DNA of 64,000 nt. Origin: Entomortierella parvispora E1425 (lineage: Eukaryota > Fungi > Mortierellomycota). The notes beneath the pieces were generated by a model. It was not told the origin of the DNA. It made no database searches and worked only from the letters and a program-made list of their open reading frames with translations. The first letter of the stretch is position 1, and every line of letters starts with the position of its first letter. The stretch covers positions 992,001-1,056,000 of the forward strand of contig BQFW01000012.1 of NCBI GenBank assembly GCA_020891255.1. The letters run 5' to 3'. A program made the translations under genes and the position numbers. Shown piece by piece: positions 59,810-64,000 of this stretch.

Positions 59810-60850
59810 TGTGGTGTAGTAGATGTGGAGTCCCGGTCCACATCCATCGGAGTAGAGATATATTTTCAGTAGCATTTATTATTTTGTTTAGTTTCAGTTT
59901 TTTTTTCTATAAAGAAGGGAGCAAAAATCCATTTTGCTCCTGGTTGCCTTTTTCCTTTACGATTCCTGCCAGTACACTTTTGTTGAACCCTTCAGAACAC
60001 AAACATACATCCCCCCCTTCCTGCCCGATATCCCCTTTGCAGCAGCAGCAAGCTCGACGCCTTAATTCCGATTGCTGAGACTATTAGTAGCTAGTCTAAA
60101 CCTCCTCCCCCCCCTTACCTTTGGATATCACAGACCTATTGCGTTCTGTTGATCGACCTTGTACACTCACAAGTTACGATCTTCCCCGTCCTCGACAAGT
60201 CCCGTCAAGAACCTCGGCCAACCAGTTATCCGTGTCCTTGCTCACTTACGAGGTACCAACAATGTCTTGTCTCTTTTGAGTGGACTTGTACGATCTTGGC
60301 ATCCCATCCTGAGGCCTTAACTGGCGCTTGGGCATCCTGAGGCCTTAACTGGTGCTTGGGAACCTCCCTTATCTTCTCGTCGCCTTCCCTCGAGTCCCTC
60401 CTGAACCCTCAGTTAGGAGGCCTTGTCCCCTTTCCCTGGATAGAATATTTCTGGCCGTGCTCTTACTGATTAGATCCCTTCAATCCTCCCTTGTTGTTGT
60501 TATTAGTTAGTATAGTACCTAGTGTTCGCCTCCGTAGTTGTTTATTCTCCTGTTTGGTTACCATTAGGACGTGCTTAGCTCATTGGTATGTCCTTATTAG
60601 TCTCCTTTCAGTTTCGTTCCTGCTTATATCGTGATCCTGTTGCTCATTCTCCTCCTCCTGTCTATCCAGTTCATTCTCTCGAGATTGTATCTGATCATAT
60701 AGCAGTGCTGTGCTTGATCCTTGTGGCACAGAGAGCAAAGTCCCTATCATATGTAAGCAGCGAGCTTTGTTCGTTATTATTCTTTTCGTTATCATTTTCA
60801 CCTCCAGCCTTTGCTGACGTTAGACTATACTTAGTTTAGACAACATCACA
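59810..60850 (+). repeat. Solo LTR of family B
   Basis: TSD ACGC at 59806-59809 and 60851-60854. Confidence 0.96.
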
Positions 60851-61260
60851 ACGCTATGTCTCTTGAATACAGATAGTGAACGCTAACCAGTCAATCAAGT
60901 TGGTGGTTTAGACGTAAACAATAATATTTTGTTTTGGGACTCAGCCAACAAAAACAAAATCAGTGATATGGACGACAACAGTTGCTGGACTCACTGCAGT
61001 GGATCAACCTCTGAACAATGGATCCACAGTAACAATGGTGTTCGAACGATATTGGAGCACAAAGGAATGATCTAAGAAAAGGGGCACGTAGGACAAGCCG
61101 TTGCGTTCTTTCCGATCAACCTGCGCGGGTGGATACGACTGAGAGGAGATCCCAATTACTGTACACTACACAACAGAGAGGATGATCGATTCTCAAAGGA
61201 TGGATGATCAACCGGACTGATGGATGTTAATGGTAATGGATGGATGCCCACTCTTAAGTA

Positions 61261-61272
61261 CGTTGAAAAAAA
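61261..61272 (-). promoter_or_regulatory. Atypical primer-binding position of element I: TTTTTTTCAACG
   Basis: Abuts the LTR end and lacks TGG. Complementary to LTR sequence CGTTG(A) (61323-61328) plus oligo(A). Confidence 0.58.
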
Positions 61273-61484
61273 TGTGATATTCTCGTGGGGTCTTACTTAC
61301 AAACAATAACAGTCAATAGAAGTCAACGAGAACAAGAGAGGGTTTTATTAAAGACAGGCACCAGCAGGTCTTTTATAGTCCGGCTGGTGCCAGTCACGGA
61401 AGACTCTTAAACATCGGAGAAGTAAAAAAGGACTGCGACTCAGGACTGGCGTCCTGAACCCCATACCTAGTGCTAAACATCACA
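61273..61484 (-). repeat. Putative 5' LTR of element I (212 bp)
   Basis: TGTGAT...ATCACA inverted termini, TATAAAA and AATAAA signals; interrupts a MULE transposase frame at 61485. The partner LTR is not in the window. Confidence 0.78.
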
Positions 61485-61610
61485 AGAGGAATCCAGTGAT
61501 CTAAGGACAAAGCCCTCAACGACCTCAAGTCGATTATGTATGAAGCAGACGAGTTGCAGGCACGTCTTCGGATCACACAGTTCAGGCAGCACTGGAAGGA
61601 CCATGTCGCT

Positions 61611-61782
61611 TGGGATATTTTGGGCTCTCACTTACAATATGACTATCGAGACAAGAAGAAGGATCTTTATGTTCTGCCCTCGCACTCCTTTGATAAGGGA
61701 GTGCGAGGGTGGCTTGCTACTAAACTAGGTTACTAAAATAAACGTCCCTATTAATACACTTCAAGGCCCACGATATGCCACA
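61611..61782 (-). repeat. Solo LTR of family D (172 bp)
   Basis: TSD TCGCT at 61606-61610 and 61783-61787. Confidence 0.95.
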
Positions 61783-62462
61783 TCGCTTTCCTCACATATA
61801 TTGAAGGCGAGTACTTCACAACTGATCGCCAGAAACTGTGGATGAAGGCATTCCGAAGCGGCATTTACTATGGAAGCATGGACACAAACAGTTATGTGGA
61901 ATCCTGGCACAACCACCTTAAGTCTCATATTCTGCGAGGTCATGCTCGGATTAGGGGCGATCGGTTGATCTACCTTCTCTCCCATTCGATCATTGCTGAC
62001 AAGAGGCAAGATGAAACAGAGGCTGACCTCCATCTCGGTAAACGGTCCAACGGTGAGATTAGGGACATCATACATCAAAGAGAGGTTCAAGCCATGGACA
62101 TCGATTTCCTCCGCAGTAAAGTTGTCCGTATTCCTGACTCAAACGCTCCAAACAAGTGCCGGTACTCAGTCTTTTCGTTCACGAACGATGGAGCCAGCTT
62201 TGAAGTCTCTGTCAATGATAAGAACATGATCATGGCATGTTCTTGCCCATATTTCATCCGGTGGCGACGAGTTTGCAAACATATTCTCGCCGTTTCGATG
62301 GTGGACCGTCACATTCACATGCCTCCTGGGTACAGTTTCCATTTCTCAAGCAAGAGCTCCAATTCTTATGTCAGTACCAATACTCCGGCTGTTGTCCCCG
62401 CAGAGGCTGCTGTGAGTCCAGAAGCTGTTGATCTTGATCTCGAAGGACAATTGGACCACCAG

Positions 62463-62530
62463 CAGGATGAGCCGGACGAGCAGGACCAGCAGGACCAGCA
62501 GGACCAGCAGGACCAGCAGGACCAGCACCA
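62463..62530 (+). repeat. Coding 9-bp tandem repeat (CAGGACCAG, Gln-Asp-Gln)
   Basis: DQQDQQDQQDQQDQHQ in ORF 61842..62714. Confidence 0.85.
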
Positions 62531-63148
62531 GGCCGAGATTCAAAACCGATTGAACTTGGAGGTAAACTCCGTGCATGACTCAGTCAAATCATATATTCGT
62601 TCAGCCAAGTGCACACCGGAGATGCTTTCTACAATGAAGAAAGCACTGGAGATAGCTCAGGGACTAGAAACGCCAATCGACACTCGATGGAATTCCACCC
62701 GTAATCGGCAATAAGCAGAGACATGTCAATTGGGATGCTCTGTTAATGACTGAGCGCCTGCAGCAAATACACAAATGGACAGAATAATGAATAAATATGT
62801 TTTGTGGCCTTGTAAGATTTCTAAGAGAGGAGTTGGGAAGAATGTGGTGGAGACAGGCCACACACTCACACACTGGCGTGGGAAGGATGTGGGAAGTGGT
62901 GTTGCGGGACTCGTGTTGCGTTGCGTGGTGTGTGGTGTAACCCAAAAAAAAAAAAAAAAAAAAAAAGAACCGCTGTCCCCCTGAAGGAAGAGTGAGTGGA
63001 TGTGACATCTATGTAATCACCATGGAGTTTCTGTCGTTTGTCGTCGAAATGTCGAGATGTCGGCAACTTATCAACTTATCAACTTGACCTTGTCCAAAAA
63101 CGTCGTCTGCAACTTTGTTGCAGGACTGGTCACAGGTAGAATAGGTCT

Positions 63149-63181
<33 letters not shown>

Positions 63182-64000
63182 AAAGATGGCTGCTGCCTGT
63201 GTTAGTGTCTAGCCGTTTCACGGGTAGAAGTGTTTCTTTATTCTGGGAAAATCAATGATAAAAGTCAATGCCCTCATGAAGCCTCATGTAGAGTAAGAAA
63301 GGGAAGAACACGCCAGGCGCACGCACTAGCGCGCAATTGAATAAAGACGGGAACCATGAGGGAATGGCCTGTGAGTAGAAGCTTTATACATTGAGGAATT
63401 TCTCCTTGTGTATGTGTCTATGCTCCCGCAACCCGCTCCTGTGTTATCCTACAGTCATGACAACACTGGTTGTCATCAGTGAACCACCAGAGCTCGACAA
63501 CTCGACATCATTCATTAATAGCCCGTTGTATCCATGCTTCAAAAGATGTCAACTCGCTTCATTGGTGTCCATTTGCGACAAACGAAGCAGGAAACTGATC
63601 TTCAATGCCTTTGCTACAAGTCTCGTTAAGAGGAACAAAGACAAAAAGAAAAGGCAGTGTACCCTGCCTTCACATGGAGATCAAACATGTCGTTTGACAA
63701 TTTGAGAACTAGCAAAATGCGTCAGGAATATTTGTTTGTCAATTGTGATCGTAGTTTTTATCCGTTTCTAACGAAAATTATATGAGCATGTGTGCGGTAG
63801 TGTGCTCTGCAAATGTCAAATAATAAGTGCTATCAGGGCTCGTCATCCAAGGGTACTTCACATAGGAAGAACTAGCCAGATGCACCTTGGAAGCCCCTTG
63901 GACACCAACCTACGGGCGGAGCGCAATCCGATTGGTCTGCGTATGTGCCCCCCGCCATTTTCAGTCACTCTGGCGGAACTAAGCAGACTCAAAGGGCTCC

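Larger units (their letters stand above)
61485..62714 (+). pseudogene. C-terminal part of a second Mutator-type transposase with SWIM, disrupted by element I and a solo D LTR
   Basis: DTNSYVESWHNHLK (catalytic E region) and CSCPYF...CKH SWIM; the frame rejoins across 61611-61782 (HWKDHVA|FLTYIEG). Confidence 0.85.

Noticed and set aside
62715-64000. Right TIR of MULE-2 or a host promoter
   Set aside because: Non-coding with poly-A/T runs; the partner TIR is outside the window, so the boundary cannot be supported.

Overview
This 64-kb window is eukaryotic, almost certainly fungal, and made almost entirely of transposable elements nested inside one another. I found no host gene, RNA gene or CRISPR array. 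An early-diverging fungus such as Mortierellomycota/Mucoromycota is an inference from the short GT-AG introns, the element types, and near-identical 5-kb repeats with no RIP signature. Family letters are my own labels. Target-site duplications (TSDs) resolve the nesting. A Mutator-like transposase pseudogene (61485-62714) was hit by Ty3/Gypsy element I. Element I's gag was hit by chromoviruses D (2294-24290) and H (24857-59273). D contains F, B1 (holding A1), a non-autonomous Helitron (holding a solo B LTR) and four solo C LTRs. H contains A2 and A3; A3 contains B2, and B2's LTR contains an intact 10.6-kb Mutator element with 1.4-kb TIRs encoding a single Ulp1 protease-transposase fusion. The most unusual observation is that two unrelated LTR families (D and I) have no tRNA primer-binding site (PBS). 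Their 5' LTR is followed directly by T7 plus 5 nt that are complementary to their own predicted poly(A) junction, suggesting poly(A)-junction-primed reverse transcription. Other notable signals: family B has its tRNA-Ala-type PBS and its polypurine tract (PPT) each displaced 12-13 nt from the integrated LTR ends; B/C insertions make 4-bp TSDs centred on CpG in 7 of 8 cases; there is an LTR-mediated inversion with swapped TSDs; and there is a Tc1/mariner-type excision footprint. Many single-base indels lie in homopolymers and may be long-read errors.
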